A stretch of 64,000 nucleotides of DNA from Dehalococcoidia bacterium (GCA_965232815.1 OZ247427.1:403684-467683); one strand, 5' to 3'; shown: positions 1-11,275, numbered from the stretch's first letter. The notes: generated from the sequence alone by a model not told the origin. Numbers and translations: made by a program.

Positions 1-750
1 GATACTTTGCGCCTCTTGCAGCATCTGCAATCGAAACGCGTCAGCCGCACTCTTGTCTTCCCATTCCCACCAGTTCCAACCCTCGTCCCGTGCGTATAAG
101 TGCCACAGGCAAAAATCCTCGCCCTCCAATTGGTTTTGCTGGCAGCGTTGGCCACGAAGATTGAGTGCCGGACATCTGTCCACGGGGGCGCGGACGGTTT
201 GAGAGCGACGGCGTGGTCGTTGGCTTGCGGGCCGTGGAATGGAAGGGTCATGGCGACTGCAATAAGGCGTGTTCCCCATCGGAGGATTTTTGCAACGGTT
301 TCCGGCCTGGGTTATCGCTTCACATTGAGGGGCCGGTCCAGTGCCCTCCAGATGGTTCTCGCAGTATGTTTGGCCGGGCAACCCTTCACGCCTACACCGG
401 GCGCCGGTGGCGGTGCGATAGTGACACTGGGTTTCCGGATCACGATGGATCGTGCAGTAAAGGAGGTCTGCAATAGTGGGGTTTTCGCAACGATGCCCGG
501 TATCGGATTGGGCAGTGCACCGTCCGACCGAATATTCCACAGCGTCGTGCGCTGCGACAAAATCGAGCACCGCCCGGATGTGTCTGCAATTCTGAGTGGT
601 TCGCCAGCCGAGGCATTCGCAGGCGTAAGTCCGCGAGCGGTCGCTGCCCACGTCGAAACTGACCGTGTACAGCAGGCCAGGGCTGGAGCGACTGGGAACA
701 AGGTAGTTGTTGCCGTCACCGATAAAGACGGCGGTGTTATCATTCGCCAT
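1..750 (-). CDS. SWIM zinc-finger protein with four tandem Cys3-His repeats; its 3' end runs off the window and it is absent from the supplied ORF track
   Basis: Hand translation of the minus strand from ATG 750..748. No TTA/CTA/TCA triplet occurs in this frame down to position 1, so 250 codons are open. 'ggaggt' lies about 10 nt upstream. The N-terminus carries 'YACECLGWRTTQNCRHIRAV' (CxC-x9-CxH, the SWIM signature). It is followed by 4 repeats of C-x5-G-x-RC-x9/10-[YF]C-x2-H. Confidence 0.65.
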   Translation of the reverse strand, partial: MANDNTAVFIGDGNNYLVPSRSSPGLLYTVSFDVGSDRSRTYACECLGWRTTQNCRHIRAVLDFVAAHDAVEYSVGRCTAQSDTGHRCENPTIADLLYCTIHRDPETQCHYRTATGARCRREGLPGQTYCENHLEGTGPAPQCEAITQAGNRCKNPPMGNTPYCSRHDPSIPRPASQRPRRRSQTVRAPVDRCPALNLRGQRCQQNQLEGEDFCLWHLYARDEGWNWWEWEDKSAADAFRLQMLQEAQSI

Positions 751-1157
751 AGCAGCGTTGACCTCCGTACACGTTGGTGCTGAACTCCGCCGTAGATCAT
801 GGGCTCCAGCGACCGAGCATCCTACCACGCCGCTCGCAAAATGGGAGTGCTAATCGGCGATCGTACGTGTGCGCGTCAGCATAAGTGGCAATTCCAGCAT
901 GAATTGTGCCCGTAATTGGCGGTGTATCCGTTCCAGGCGGGCAATGTTGGCGACAGAGTAGTCACCGGTAACTATATCAGTAGATACGCGTGCTAAACTG
1001 GCCCCATGACCACGCCACGCAACGGTGCGCTCGGCTCACTGGCCGACAAACTGCTGGCCCGTCAGCAGTGCAGCGGCGGACTCTACGACCTCGGCGGTAT
1101 CTGGCACTACCTGCCCTAACTGGGCCGCCAGCCCACCCATCCCCATCTCACCGATCC

Positions 1158-1181
1158 GCTCATCCTTCGACAGGCTCAGGA
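1158..1181. repeat. Hairpin repeat, family E (CATCC-TGAGCCTGTCGAA-GGATG), reverse orientation
   Basis: 'gctcatccttcgacaggctcagga' is the reverse complement of the copy at 34976..34998 and is related to the copies inside larC. Confidence 0.6.
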
Positions 1182-2615
1182 TCAACGCCCCGGCTGCCTA
1201 GCCCGCAGCCCGAACCACAACGCGCCCAGCGCCGCCGTCACCGCGCCGATCCTGAACACGTCCCGGTAGGCCAACAGGAACGCCTCCCCCGCCGGCCGGC
1301 TCACCTCGTAGTGGTCGCTCAATCCCGCGAAAATCGCCCCCACTATCGCCACGCACAGCACCGTGCCCGACGCCTGCGCCAGCGACATCGCCCCCGACGC
1401 CGTGCCGAACCGCTCCGACGGCACGCTCCCCAGCATCAGCGCGTACGCCGCCGACTGGAACCAGCCGACCCCCAGGCCCACGATGGCGATCGCCCCCGCC
1501 GGATGCCAGATCGGCGACGCGCCATCCATCCCCGACATCACCAGCAATCCCGTCGCGGTCAATCCCAGCCCCACCGTGCCCACCGGCCTCACGCCCCAAC
1601 GGTCGCAGAGCCACCCTCCCACCGGCGACGACAGGATGTTGCATGTGGACATGACGGCAAACAGGACCCCCAGCACCACCGGGCTGCGATCCAGCGAATC
1701 CGTGATGTAGAACGGGAATATGAACCAGAGCACGAACTGCGAAAAATGACCTAGGAACATCGCGCCCGTGGCCGTCTGAAAACCGCCCAGTCGCGCCAAC
1801 CCGCCCGGCAGCACCGGCGACTCCGCGCGCCGTTCCACCCATACCAACGCGACAAGTACCACCGGGGCCGCCGACAACAGCGCCAGCACCACCACCGACG
1901 TCCAGCCGATCGCCTGGCCCAAACGCAACCCGATCATCAGGCACCACAGCAGCGACAGCACCAGCGCCGCCCCCGCCACGTCGAATCGCTGCCCCGAAGT
2001 GGACCCCGACCCGCCGCTCACTGATCTTGGGATGGCCAGCAGGCCCATCCCCAACGCCAGCGCCGCCAGCGGGATGCGTCCCCAGAACACCGACGGCCAG
2101 TCGAAAAGCTGCACCAGCGGTCCCGCCGCCAGCGTTGACATCACCATCCCTGACGCCAGGCTCGCCGACGTGAATCCCATCGACAGTCCCCGCCGGTGCT
2201 CCGGAAATACCGCTGCCGCAATGGCCGGCGCCGTGCTGTAAAGACAGCCCGTCCCCAAAGCCTGCAACACCCGGAACCCCACCAGCGTCTCCAGCGTCGG
2301 CGACAGCGACAGGCACACCATCGACACCAGGTACGTTACCGTCCCGACCAGGTACACCATCCGCAGCCCGAACCGGTCGGCAAACGCTCCCGCGCCCAGT
2401 GCCAGCCCCGCTCGCGTCGCGATGAACACCACGATCACCCACTGCACGGCGGCAGGGTCGGTCCCGAACGCGTCCCGCATCGCCGGCAGCCCCACGTTCA
2501 CTGAAAAGTCCAGCGACGCCAGCACCATCCCCAGCGCCGCCGCCGAAGCCAGCGCAATCGTCCGCCACGTAACGCGAGCGCTGTTCACGGGCGTCGATTC
2601 AGGAGCCGCGGCCAT
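1182..2615 (-). CDS. MFS transporter (drug/H+ antiporter-like)
   Basis: 477-aa ORF with many hydrophobic segments. N-terminal 'LDFSVNVGLPAM' and 'FADRFGLRMV' resemble MFS motif A. The overlapping 456-aa ORF in another frame is Gly/Arg-rich shadow. Confidence 0.85.
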   Translation of the reverse strand: MAAAPESTPVNSARVTWRTIALASAAALGMVLASLDFSVNVGLPAMRDAFGTDPAAVQWVIVVFIATRAGLALGAGAFADRFGLRMVYLVGTVTYLVSMVCLSLSPTLETLVGFRVLQALGTGCLYSTAPAIAAAVFPEHRRGLSMGFTSASLASGMVMSTLAAGPLVQLFDWPSVFWGRIPLAALALGMGLLAIPRSVSGGSGSTSGQRFDVAGAALVLSLLWCLMIGLRLGQAIGWTSVVVLALLSAAPVVLVALVWVERRAESPVLPGGLARLGGFQTATGAMFLGHFSQFVLWFIFPFYITDSLDRSPVVLGVLFAVMSTCNILSSPVGGWLCDRWGVRPVGTVGLGLTATGLLVMSGMDGASPIWHPAGAIAIVGLGVGWFQSAAYALMLGSVPSERFGTASGAMSLAQASGTVLCVAIVGAIFAGLSDHYEVSRPAGEAFLLAYRDVFRIGAVTAALGALWFGLRARQPGR

Positions 2616-2734
2616 GGCGCCAGATTGTACGCCAAACCCAACTTCCCCGACGATGGCCTATAATCCAGTAGAATGTTGGCGACATGACCTTGTCAGATGG
2701 AGGGTATGGTTTGACTACGCAACGAACCACCATC

Positions 2735-4447
2735 ATGCGTGTATTCTTGACCCTCACGTTGGCGACCCTGGCAATCGCCGTCGCTTGTTCCCCACCCGAA
2801 CCAACGCCGGCCCCAACCGCTACGGCCTTGCCCCCCGCCATTCAACAACCCACCGTAGCGCCCACTCCTACGGCAACGCTGTCCCCGACGCCGACCGTAA
2901 CCCCGCCGGCGCCCACATCCACTCCCACATCGGAACCACCGCCAACCAACACACCCATCCCTCCGACCAACACGCCGGCGCCAACTGTCACGCCCAATCC
3001 AACACCCACCTCAAAACCCAACCTAACTCCCACACGCACCCTCGGACCCACGCGCACTCCGCGCCCAACCAGCACTCCGCGCCCACCAAGCCCAATCGCG
3101 AATCTGGAACATGGGGCCTGGCTTGAAAAGAACCGGCGGGCACGTGCCGCGGAGATACGCGCACTGGCTTGGGTCGCGGACGGTGTCGATGCCACCGAGC
3201 GCGAGGCTGCGGAACTGTTAATCGGATCCGCGAGGTGGTATCCCGCCACGTTTGCGTCCCTGATGTCCTTGGGGTGGATTCAGGACAGCATCACCATCCC
3301 GGAGACCACCGCTTTATACGGCCTGCGCTATATACCCTGGTTTTCCCCGGAACTGACTGAAAAGATAGTGGACAGGCCCTGGGTATCGGACGGAATCACC
3401 AGGGACGAGGCGACCGCTGTCATATCCCTGTACCGAATGATCTGGCACCCGGATCAGCCGGACCAACAGGCAATCGATGCGGCGGAGTGGATCCTCAGCA
3501 TGCCATTCCTGGACGACGTGGACGGCGCTGATGCTCAGGCGGTTCGGTCGTTACGTCGGCTGAAGCGCGCCGACCGGGAGGGGTTTTTCGATATGCTGTC
3601 GCACCCTGAACTCGCCGACGGCATATCCGACGAGGAAACCAAAATCGTGGCCTTGCTGGGCGCGACATATCAGTATCGGCCTGAGTCGGTGAATTTTCTC
3701 CTCCGCGGCACGGGTGTGTACCTTGAAGAGCGGTTGCTCGACTTGCCTTCCACCGGTGACACGGTGGTCGCGATCCTCCGGATCCGAGATCAGCAGACCA
3801 AAAGCATGGATTACCTCGAGCACAGCGTCCGCACCATCGAGGAATTCATGGCCGAACCGTTGCCCACCTCATTCATCGCGCTGTTCTACGATGACGCGGT
3901 GTTCCCGGAATCCGGCGGCACCAACTTCGGCACCCACATGGCCATGCAGTTGCTGTTCGACGTCGAGCACGGCTTTTGGTGGGATTACACACCCAGCGTA
4001 ATCGCTCACGAGGTCGCGCACTACTATTGGCGCGGCAGTCAAGATTGGATTGACGAAGGCGCCGCCGACTTCCTGGCCTCCGTTTCCGAACACCGCCGCA
4101 TCGACGAACCCATCCAAACAACCAACAACCCCTGCGCCTCGGCCAAAACCATATCCGAGCTTGAGGCTTTGGACCCTGAAGACTTGCAGGAAAAGGGGTT
4201 CAACTGCAACTACTACCTGGGCGAAGCCATTTTCCTGGACCTCTATCACACTCTCGGCGAAAACACGTTCCAACGAGGTTTCGGAAACCTCTACCGCAAA
4301 TCTCTGTACGACGATCCCGCCGATAACTGCGCGGACACCCACCTCGGCATCTGCCATCTGGTCTCCGCGTTCAAGGCCGATGTATCGGACGACGACGCAG
4401 CAAAAGTGGACGAGGTAATAGGTCGTTGGTACGGTCCGCTCCCCTGA
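2735..4447 (+). CDS. Secreted lipoprotein, MA-clan zinc metallopeptidase-like, with a Pro/Thr-rich linker
   Basis: Internal Met gives '[18 protein letters not shown]' (signal peptide plus lipobox Cys). About 100 aa of PT-rich linker follow. 'HEVAHYYW...WIDEGAADF' fits HExxH plus a downstream Glu. The track ORF starts at 2684. Confidence 0.75.
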   Translation: MRVFLTLTLATLAIAVACSPPEPTPAPTATALPPAIQQPTVAPTPTATLSPTPTVTPPAPTSTPTSEPPPTNTPIPPTNTPAPTVTPNPTPTSKPNLTPTRTLGPTRTPRPTSTPRPPSPIANLEHGAWLEKNRRARAAEIRALAWVADGVDATEREAAELLIGSARWYPATFASLMSLGWIQDSITIPETTALYGLRYIPWFSPELTEKIVDRPWVSDGITRDEATAVISLYRMIWHPDQPDQQAIDAAEWILSMPFLDDVDGADAQAVRSLRRLKRADREGFFDMLSHPELADGISDEETKIVALLGATYQYRPESVNFLLRGTGVYLEERLLDLPSTGDTVVAILRIRDQQTKSMDYLEHSVRTIEEFMAEPLPTSFIALFYDDAVFPESGGTNFGTHMAMQLLFDVEHGFWWDYTPSVIAHEVAHYYWRGSQDWIDEGAADFLASVSEHRRIDEPIQTTNNPCASAKTISELEALDPEDLQEKGFNCNYYLGEAIFLDLYHTLGENTFQRGFGNLYRKSLYDDPADNCADTHLGICHLVSAFKADVSDDDAAKVDEVIGRWYGPLP

Positions 4448-4529
4448 TTCTACCGGCAAGCCAAATCGCCGATATGCTAATATCTCCGCACATAACCCCA
4501 AGCATTCCCCGCCCCGGAGGTTCACCGCC

Positions 4530-6482
4530 ATGACGCAAAACACCGGCGCTTTTGAGGCCCTGCTCCAGGAAGATCGCACCTATCCGCCCCCGGCCGATTT
4601 CGCCGCCCACGCCAACATCGCCGACCCGGCGGTGTACGAAGAGGCGCGGCGCGACCCCGAGGCATTCTGGGCCCGCTTCGCCGGCGAACTCGACTGGTTC
4701 CAGCCCTGGGACACCGTCCTCGACTGGTCAGACGCACCCTTCGCCAAGTGGTTCGTCGGTGGAAAACTCAACGCCGCCTACAACTGCATCGACCGCCATC
4801 TCGACGGCCCCCGCAAGAACAAGGCCGCCATCATCTGGGAGGGCGAGCCTGGCGACTGGCAGGTCTACACCTACCGCGACCTCTACCGCGAGGTTTGCAA
4901 ATTCGCCAACGGCCTCAAGAGCCTCGGCGTCCAGAAGGGCGACCGCGTCACCCTCTACATGCCGATGGTGCCGGAGTTGGCCATCGCAATGCTGGCGTGC
5001 GCCCGCATCGGCGCGCCCCACAGCATCGTCTTCGGCGGGTTCAGCGCCGAGTCCCTCCGCGACCGCATCGAGGACTCCCAGTCCAAGGTCATGATCACCG
5101 CCGACGGCGGCTGGCGTCGCGGCAACATCATCCCCCTCAAGCAGAACGCCGACGCCTCCATCGAGGGCGACACCCCCGTCGAGAAGGTCGTCGTCGTCCA
5201 GCGCACCGCCCACGACGTTCCCATGGTGGAGGGCCGCGACGTCTGGTGGCACGAACTCGTCGCCGACCAGCCCCTCAACTGCGAGCCCGAGCAGATGGAC
5301 AGCGAGGACATGCTGTTCATGCTCTACACCAGCGGCACCACCGGCAAGCCCAAGGGCATCGTCCACACCACCGGCGGCTACATGACCGGCACCTATGCCA
5401 CCACCAAGTGGATCTTCGACCTCAAGGAGGACGACGTCTACTGGTGCACCGCCGACATCGGTTGGGTCACCGGCCATAGCTACATCATCTACGGCCCGCT
5501 GGCCAACGGCGCGACCACCGTCATGTACGAGGGCTCTCCCGACTACCCCGACCGCGACCGGTTCTGGGCCATCGTCGAGAAGTACGCCTGCACCATCTGC
5601 TACACCGCTCCCACCGCCATCCGAACGTTCATGCGCTGGGGCGAGGAATACCCCAACCGCCGCGATATGTCGTCCCTGCGCCTCCTCGGCAGCGTTGGCG
5701 AACCCATCAACCCCGAGGCCTGGGTCTGGTACTGGCAGCACATCGGCGGCGGACGCTGCCCGGTGGTGGACACCTGGTGGCAGACCGAAACCGGCTCCAT
5801 CATGATCTCCGCCCTGCCCGGCATCACCACCCTCAAGCCCGGCTCCGCGACCCAGCCGTTCCCCGGCATCGACGCCGCCATCCTCGATGAGCAGGGCAAC
5901 GAGATCGGACCTGGCGGGGGCGGTTATCTCGTGGTCCGCAAGCCGTGGCCCAGCATGCTCCGCGGCATCTACGGCGACCCCGAACGGTTCGTCCAGCAGT
6001 ACTGGTCCAACTACGAAGGCATCTACTTCACCAGCGACGGCGCCAAGCTCGACGAGGAGTCCTACTTCTGGCTCCTCGGCCGCGTGGACGACGTGATCAA
6101 CGTGTCGGCCCACCGCATCAGCACCATGGAGGTCGAGTCCGCGCTGGTCGACAACCTCAAGGTCGCCGAAGCCGCCTGCATCGGCCGCAGCCACGACGTC
6201 AAGGGCCAGGCCATCGTCGCCTTCGTCACCCTCAAGGACCAGATAGCCAGTTCCGACGACGTCATCACCGAACTCAAGCAGCACGTCGCCGGCAAGATCG
6301 GTCCCATGGCCCGCCCCGACGACATCTACTTCGCCGCCGAACTCCCCAAGACCCGCAGCGGCAAGATCATGCGCCGCCTCCTCCGCGACGTAGCCGAAGG
6401 CCGCGCCCTCGGCGACACCACCACCCTCGCCGACCCCGCCGTAGTAGAAATGCTAAAAGCCCAATACGACGACGAGGAATAA
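4530..6482 (+). CDS. acs: Acetyl-CoA synthetase (AMP-forming)
   Basis: 650 aa. Contains '[11 protein letters not shown]' (AMP-binding motif), 'WWQTETG' and C-terminal '[11 protein letters not shown]'. The N-terminus is typical of Acs. Confidence 0.97.
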   Translation: MTQNTGAFEALLQEDRTYPPPADFAAHANIADPAVYEEARRDPEAFWARFAGELDWFQPWDTVLDWSDAPFAKWFVGGKLNAAYNCIDRHLDGPRKNKAAIIWEGEPGDWQVYTYRDLYREVCKFANGLKSLGVQKGDRVTLYMPMVPELAIAMLACARIGAPHSIVFGGFSAESLRDRIEDSQSKVMITADGGWRRGNIIPLKQNADASIEGDTPVEKVVVVQRTAHDVPMVEGRDVWWHELVADQPLNCEPEQMDSEDMLFMLYTSGTTGKPKGIVHTTGGYMTGTYATTKWIFDLKEDDVYWCTADIGWVTGHSYIIYGPLANGATTVMYEGSPDYPDRDRFWAIVEKYACTICYTAPTAIRTFMRWGEEYPNRRDMSSLRLLGSVGEPINPEAWVWYWQHIGGGRCPVVDTWWQTETGSIMISALPGITTLKPGSATQPFPGIDAAILDEQGNEIGPGGGGYLVVRKPWPSMLRGIYGDPERFVQQYWSNYEGIYFTSDGAKLDEESYFWLLGRVDDVINVSAHRISTMEVESALVDNLKVAEAACIGRSHDVKGQAIVAFVTLKDQIASSDDVITELKQHVAGKIGPMARPDDIYFAAELPKTRSGKIMRRLLRDVAEGRALGDTTTLADPAVVEMLKAQYDDEE

Positions 6483-6492
6483 CCACCAGGAG

Positions 6493-6522
6493 ATAGGGGG
6501 ATCGAAACGGTGATCCCCCTAT
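6493..6522. other. Perfect 11-bp hairpin between the convergent acs and DUF2806-like genes
   Basis: 'atagggggatc' / 'gatccccctat' flank an 8-nt loop. There is no clear U-tract on either strand. Confidence 0.4.
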
Positions 6523-6600
6523 AAAATTGAAAACCTGTTGTGCAAACTACCGACCATCGAGAAAGCACGCCTCTGGTTGCCGAATCATAACTCCCGTTAC

Positions 6601-7467
6601 TCACCCGACTCTGGGGGCAGCCAATTTCTCGTCGGCCCAACGATCATGCACGTATTCGAAGAAACCGGGCACCGGTGCCATACTACAGACCCCCTTTAAT
6701 TCGCGGCCAGGACGTGTGAACATCGCCTGTCCGGTTGCTAATTGATTCCCTCCAACCTTGGGCATGTTCAAGGCCAACGGCCGTCCGAAATATGTCGTGT
6801 CCACCGTTTGTGGGAGATTTACGCGCCTGAATCCGAGAGACCCACCGTCTTCGACCAAACCAAGAGTTTGAAGATGAATCAGTGTTTCAAGATAGATGTT
6901 CTGGCTTTGATAAATCGCGGATTGCGTATCATATACCAAAGGGTATTCAAAGCCGCCAATCGTCCATGTAAAATTGCACAAGTTGGTGAATAACAAGGCA
7001 TCATGCTTGTCTATATCAGCGACCAGATTGACGGTTTTCCGCGAAAACGACCCCGAGTTATTGGCTTCACCGGCTAGGATTTTGCCCCAGATGAGTTGCA
7101 TATCAAAGTCAGAGACAATCCTTGATTTGTCAAAGAAATTGGTAATCCAGTCGTCTTCAATTTTTTCTGGGTCAGCGTCTTCTGCGAGCGCTTGAGTCGC
7201 CAATTGGGTAATGCTCTCAATATTGACCTGTTTCGTCATTTCTTCGTTGATGAAGCGATCAGCCGCTCTTTGCCGCAGTTCTGCAACCTCGATGTCAGTC
7301 TTGGTCGCTCCTACTCGGACGATCCGGTCTGCTTCCGTCTCCGCTTCCGCCATCCGGATAGTTTGCCGCCGGTCAAAATGCCTGCCGAACGCATTTGACA
7401 CTTTTTCGATCAACAACGTCGCGGGTTTGGTGAGCCCCGCAGTACTGATCAACGAATATTCGGACAT
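6601..7467 (-). CDS. DUF2806-like hypothetical protein in a lower-GC patch
   Basis: 288-aa ORF with a strong RBS ('gggaggag' directly upstream of the ATG). The motif 'DWITNFFDKSRIVSDFDMQLIWGKILAGEANNSGSFS' matches my recollection of DUF2806. Sampled lines hand-count to 26/60 and 32/60 G+C. Confidence 0.6.
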   Translation of the reverse strand: MSEYSLISTAGLTKPATLLIEKVSNAFGRHFDRRQTIRMAEAETEADRIVRVGATKTDIEVAELRQRAADRFINEEMTKQVNIESITQLATQALAEDADPEKIEDDWITNFFDKSRIVSDFDMQLIWGKILAGEANNSGSFSRKTVNLVADIDKHDALLFTNLCNFTWTIGGFEYPLVYDTQSAIYQSQNIYLETLIHLQTLGLVEDGGSLGFRRVNLPQTVDTTYFGRPLALNMPKVGGNQLATGQAMFTRPGRELKGVCSMAPVPGFFEYVHDRWADEKLAAPRVG

Positions 7468-7681
7468 CTACTCCTCCCATGGCGGAACATCGTAATGATA
7501 GAAGCATTTTAGATTCGCAGTTATTACCGTTGTCAACTCCCATGGCACTGGCCATCAATTGCAAGCAAAGATGCAGGCGGTCCAAGGCCCTTCCACTTGG
7601 GGAGGGCGGTTCTCATATCGGCCTTCCTGATCCCTTTGCTATACTGTGTGCCAACCCTCCGGACCCGCGCCGAGGTTCAAT

Positions 7682-8452
7682 ATGACGACGAAGCTGCCGC
7701 GCAAAATCGACCCCAAGCTGGCGCACCTTTACGACGACAACGGCGTTTTTTACCCCGATACGGATGGTATGCCCTTGCCCGACGGATTCTATCAGGAACG
7801 TTTTTATGTCAACGCAGTGTCAACTCTGCGGGGGAATTTCAAGGATCATCCCAACGTCGCCGTCAGCGGCAACACGTTCATTTACTATCGACAGGGTTCC
7901 CCTCGGCAGTTCGTATCACCCGACTGCTACGTAGCCTTCGACGTGGATGTTGATCACATTTTCTACCGAAACACCTACCGGGTCTGGGAGATGGGAAAGA
8001 TCCCCGATTTCGCCCTGGAGATCGCCTCTCAAAGCACCGCGCGATACGACATCGGCGATAAGCGCCGTCTGTACGCCGAACTGGGCTTTGGCGAATACTG
8101 GCGTTACGACGAAACTCCGGACAGCGAATTCTACGGCGAACCGCTGGTCGGCGAGCGTCTGGTCAACGGCGGGTACGTCCGGTTTGAAATCAACCGGGAA
8201 CCCGACGGCTTGATCTGGGCCCACAGCCCGACCCTCGGCCTGGACCTGTGCTGGGACGACGGGATACTGCGCTATCGCGTCCCCGACACCGGCGAATTCC
8301 TGCCACATTACGACGAAGCCATGGCCGCATTGAGGGAATCGGAAGCGCGTCGCAGAGAATCCGAGAATGCGCGCTCGCTCGCTGAGGCCGAGAACGCCGA
8401 ACTTCGAGAGCAACTGCGCCGGCTCCAAGCCCAGCGAGACCACCCAATCTGA
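7682..8452 (+). CDS. Uma2-family (DUF820) putative endonuclease with a C-terminal coiled coil
   Basis: '[11 protein letters not shown]', 'VSPDCYVAF' and '[12 protein letters not shown]' form a PD-(D/E)xK-like Uma2 pattern. The tail is Glu/Arg/Ala-rich. The internal ATG at 7682 is preferred over the track start at 7646. Confidence 0.85.
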   Translation: MTTKLPRKIDPKLAHLYDDNGVFYPDTDGMPLPDGFYQERFYVNAVSTLRGNFKDHPNVAVSGNTFIYYRQGSPRQFVSPDCYVAFDVDVDHIFYRNTYRVWEMGKIPDFALEIASQSTARYDIGDKRRLYAELGFGEYWRYDETPDSEFYGEPLVGERLVNGGYVRFEINREPDGLIWAHSPTLGLDLCWDDGILRYRVPDTGEFLPHYDEAMAALRESEARRRESENARSLAEAENAELREQLRRLQAQRDHPI

Positions 8453-8483
8453 TCTGATCCATTCCGGACATCTGGTACCACCC

Positions 8484-9980
8484 ATGCAATACGAAACCGT
8501 CATCGGCCTCGAGGTCCACGTCCAGCTCGACACCCGCAGCAAGATGTTCTGCGGCTGCCCGGCTGACTACCAGACCGCCGACCCCAACACCCGCACCTGT
8601 CCGGTGTGCCTCGGCCTTCCCGGCGCGCTGCCCGTCATCAACCGCCGCGCCGTCGAATTCACCATGATGACCGGCCTCGCCCTCAATTGCAGCATCCCGG
8701 ACTACGCCAAGTTCGACCGCAAGAACTACCCGTACCCTGATCTGATGAAGGGCTACCAGATCTCCCAGTACGACCTGCCCCTGGCCCTCGACGGTTACGT
8801 CGAAATCGACGGCGACCCCGCCATCGGCCACACTCAACGCCTCATCGGCGTCGAACGTGTCCACCTCGAGGAAGATGTCGCCAAGATGCAGCACTTCCCT
8901 GACGGCGACGGAGGCCAGGGATACTCGCTCGTGGACGTCAACCGCTCCGGCGTCCCCCTCATGGAAATCGTCAGCAAGCCCGACCTGCGCTCCCCCGAAG
9001 AGGCCCACCAATACCTCACGTCTCTGCACTCTCTCGTCCAGTTCCTCGGCGTGTCCACCGCCAACATGCAGGACGGAAACTTCCGCTGCGACGCCAATGT
9101 CAGCATCCGGCCCATGGGCAGCGACACTTTCGGCACCCGCACCGAAATCAAGAACGTGAACAGCTTCCGCTCCGTTTTTCACGCCCTGGAGTTCGAGGTC
9201 GAACGCCAGCAGCGCGTGGTCGAAGGCGGCGGCCAGGTCGTTCAGGAAACTCGCGGCTGGGTCGAAGAGCGCGAGGTCACCGTATCCCAGCGCAGCAAGG
9301 AGTACGCCCACGACTATCGCTACTTCCCGGAGCCTGACCTGCCGCCGTTGAACATCGGCCGCGATTGGGTGGCCCAGCTTGAGGCGTCCCTGCCCGAACT
9401 CGCGCCACAGCGAAAAGCTCGGTTCATCGCCGACTACGGCCTGTCCGAATACGACGCCGACCTGCTCACCAATACCCGCGCCACCGCCGACTACTTTGAA
9501 GCCGCGTTGTCAATTCGCGAAGTCGATCGGTCCCCCGACACCGCGCTGGACTCGGCCAAGGAAGTCGCCAACTGGATCCTCGGCGACCTTTCCCGCCTGC
9601 TCAACCAGGATCACCGCGATATCGCCGCTTCCCCGGTCACGCCCACCGGATTGTCCGACCTGCTCCGACTGATCGCCGACGGCACGCTGTCCATATCCCT
9701 CGCCAAACCCGTCCTCGAGGAGATGTACGCCTCCGGAGGAGACGCCGCAGCTATCGTCGAAGAGAAGGGCCTCGCCCAGATCAGCGACACCAGCGCTATC
9801 GAAGCCGCCGTCGCCGAGGCCATCGCCGCCAACCCCAAGGCCGTCGCCGATTACCTCGACGGCAAGGAAAACGCCGCCCGTTTCCTCATGGGCCAGGTCA
9901 TGCGCATCACCAAGGGACAGGCCCAGCCTGACCTCGCCCTCCGCCTCGTCCAGGAAGGCCTGGCAGCGCAGAAAAACTGA
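8484..9980 (+). CDS. gatB: Asp/Glu-tRNA(Asn/Gln) amidotransferase subunit B
   Basis: '[25 protein letters not shown]' is the canonical GatB N-terminus. The C-terminal tail is YqeY-like. The start is taken at the internal Met (codon 40 of the track ORF). Confidence 0.97.
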   Translation: MQYETVIGLEVHVQLDTRSKMFCGCPADYQTADPNTRTCPVCLGLPGALPVINRRAVEFTMMTGLALNCSIPDYAKFDRKNYPYPDLMKGYQISQYDLPLALDGYVEIDGDPAIGHTQRLIGVERVHLEEDVAKMQHFPDGDGGQGYSLVDVNRSGVPLMEIVSKPDLRSPEEAHQYLTSLHSLVQFLGVSTANMQDGNFRCDANVSIRPMGSDTFGTRTEIKNVNSFRSVFHALEFEVERQQRVVEGGGQVVQETRGWVEEREVTVSQRSKEYAHDYRYFPEPDLPPLNIGRDWVAQLEASLPELAPQRKARFIADYGLSEYDADLLTNTRATADYFEAALSIREVDRSPDTALDSAKEVANWILGDLSRLLNQDHRDIAASPVTPTGLSDLLRLIADGTLSISLAKPVLEEMYASGGDAAAIVEEKGLAQISDTSAIEAAVAEAIAANPKAVADYLDGKENAARFLMGQVMRITKGQAQPDLALRLVQEGLAAQKN

Positions 9981-10013
9981 CGTGGTACAATCGTTAACCA
10001 CGGAGTCCCCCCA

Positions 10014-10229
10014 ATGACACTGCTCAACCTCGCCCAGATCATCGCTTCCATTATCCTGGTTCTCATCATCCTGTCTCAGGTGAGGGAAGCCGGCAGCGGA
10101 ATGTTCGGCAGCGCCCAGAACACCATCCGCACCCGCCGCGGCCTGGAACGCACCATGTTCCAGATGACCATCGTTCTGATCGTGGTCTTCCTGGTTGTCT
10201 CGACCCTCAGCGCGCGCTTCCCCGGCTAG
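10014..10229 (+). CDS. secG: Preprotein translocase subunit SecG
   Basis: 71 aa with two TM segments. The 'SGMFGSAQ...RRGLER' loop is typical of SecG. Confidence 0.85.
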   Translation: MTLLNLAQIIASIILVLIILSQVREAGSGMFGSAQNTIRTRRGLERTMFQMTIVLIVVFLVVSTLSARFPG

Positions 10230-10248
10230 TACGTCCACCGGTGCCGGC

Positions 10249-11130
10249 ATGACCGCGCCGCCCATCGTCCTGGCCACCGATTTCGGCCTGTCCGACGCCT
10301 ACGTCGGCATGATGCGGGGCGTCATCCACAGCATCAATCACGCCGCCTACGTCATCGACCTCACCCACGGCATCGGCCCCCAGGATGTTCGCCATGGCGC
10401 AGTCGTCCTGGCCGATTCCTTCCGTTACTTCCCAGCGGACAGCATATTCGTCGCCGTTGTGGATCCCGGCGTCGGCACCGACCGCGCCGCCATCCTGCTC
10501 GAAACACCCGACGCCCGTTTCGTAGCGCCCGACAACGGCCTCCTCACCCTGGTCTGTCGCCAGTACAACCTCTCCTTCGGCGATACCGACCAATCCGCAC
10601 CCACGCCCGTCCCGCAAGCCTGCCGCGCCTGGAGACTCACCAACCCCGACTACAGGCGCCATCCCGTTAGTAACACATTCCACGGCCGCGACGTATTCTC
10701 ACCGGTCGCCGCTCACCTGTCCCTCGGCGCTTCGCCCGATGCCTTGGGTGATCCCACACCAACAATCACGACGCTCCCCCTGCCGATACCTCGCCCCGAG
10801 CGCAACGCAATCCAGGGTCAGGTCGTATTCGCCGACGCTTTCGGCAACCTCGTCACGGACATCACCGCCGACCTGCTGGACGAAATCGGAGTCGCACCCG
10901 GCGACCCATCTGCCACCGTAACCATCGCCGGACAAACCATCACCGGCCTTGCCCGCACCTTCCATGACCCGCCCGCCGCCGATCCGCCGAGTAGCAGCCT
11001 CCGCGCCCTCATCGGCAGCCACGGCCGCCTCGAAATCGCCGTCGTCGACGGCAACGCCTCATCCACCCTCAACGCGGGTGCCGGCGCCCCCGTCTCAATC
11101 AACGGCCGCGCCAACGACCACTCTCCTTGA
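10249..11130 (+). CDS. SAM hydrolase / SAM-dependent halogenase family protein (DUF62)
   Basis: 'LATDFGLSDAYVGMMRGVI', 'VAVVDPGVGT' and 'APDNGLLT' are DUF62 hallmarks. The start is at an internal ATG. Confidence 0.85.
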   Translation: MTAPPIVLATDFGLSDAYVGMMRGVIHSINHAAYVIDLTHGIGPQDVRHGAVVLADSFRYFPADSIFVAVVDPGVGTDRAAILLETPDARFVAPDNGLLTLVCRQYNLSFGDTDQSAPTPVPQACRAWRLTNPDYRRHPVSNTFHGRDVFSPVAAHLSLGASPDALGDPTPTITTLPLPIPRPERNAIQGQVVFADAFGNLVTDITADLLDEIGVAPGDPSATVTIAGQTITGLARTFHDPPAADPPSSSLRALIGSHGRLEIAVVDGNASSTLNAGAGAPVSINGRANDHSP

Positions 11131-11169
11131 CACCCATTTGCCTGATGCTACTATTGCCCCACTGTAATA

Positions 11170-11192
11170 CCGGCGTTCCCCCGCCGGTTTTT
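11170..11192 (+). terminator. Putative intrinsic terminator after the DUF62 gene
   Basis: 'ccggcg-ttcccc-cgccgg' followed by 'ttttt'. Confidence 0.5.
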
Positions 11193-11275
11193 GTATAATC
11201 GCCACACTCAACTGCCAGTAAAACCCCCCAGCATCACCAGCAAAACTCCCAGACTCCCATAAGGAGGGCGTTGCC

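Noticed and set aside
1006-1119. 37-codon ORF ('MTTPRNGALGSLADKLLARQQCSGGLYDLGGIWHYLP') in the gap between the SWIM gene and the MFS gene
   Set aside because: It has no RBS and no recognisable motif. It is too short to support from sequence alone.
1198-2568. 456-aa ORF in an alternative frame of the MFS gene. Similar alternative-frame or antisense ORFs include 4728..6284, 8190..9311, 11297..12379, 12944..13933, 36904..38181 and 61688..62581.
   Set aside because: All of them overlap genes with clear family motifs. They encode Gly/Arg/Ala/Asp-rich sequences without motifs and have no RBS evidence.
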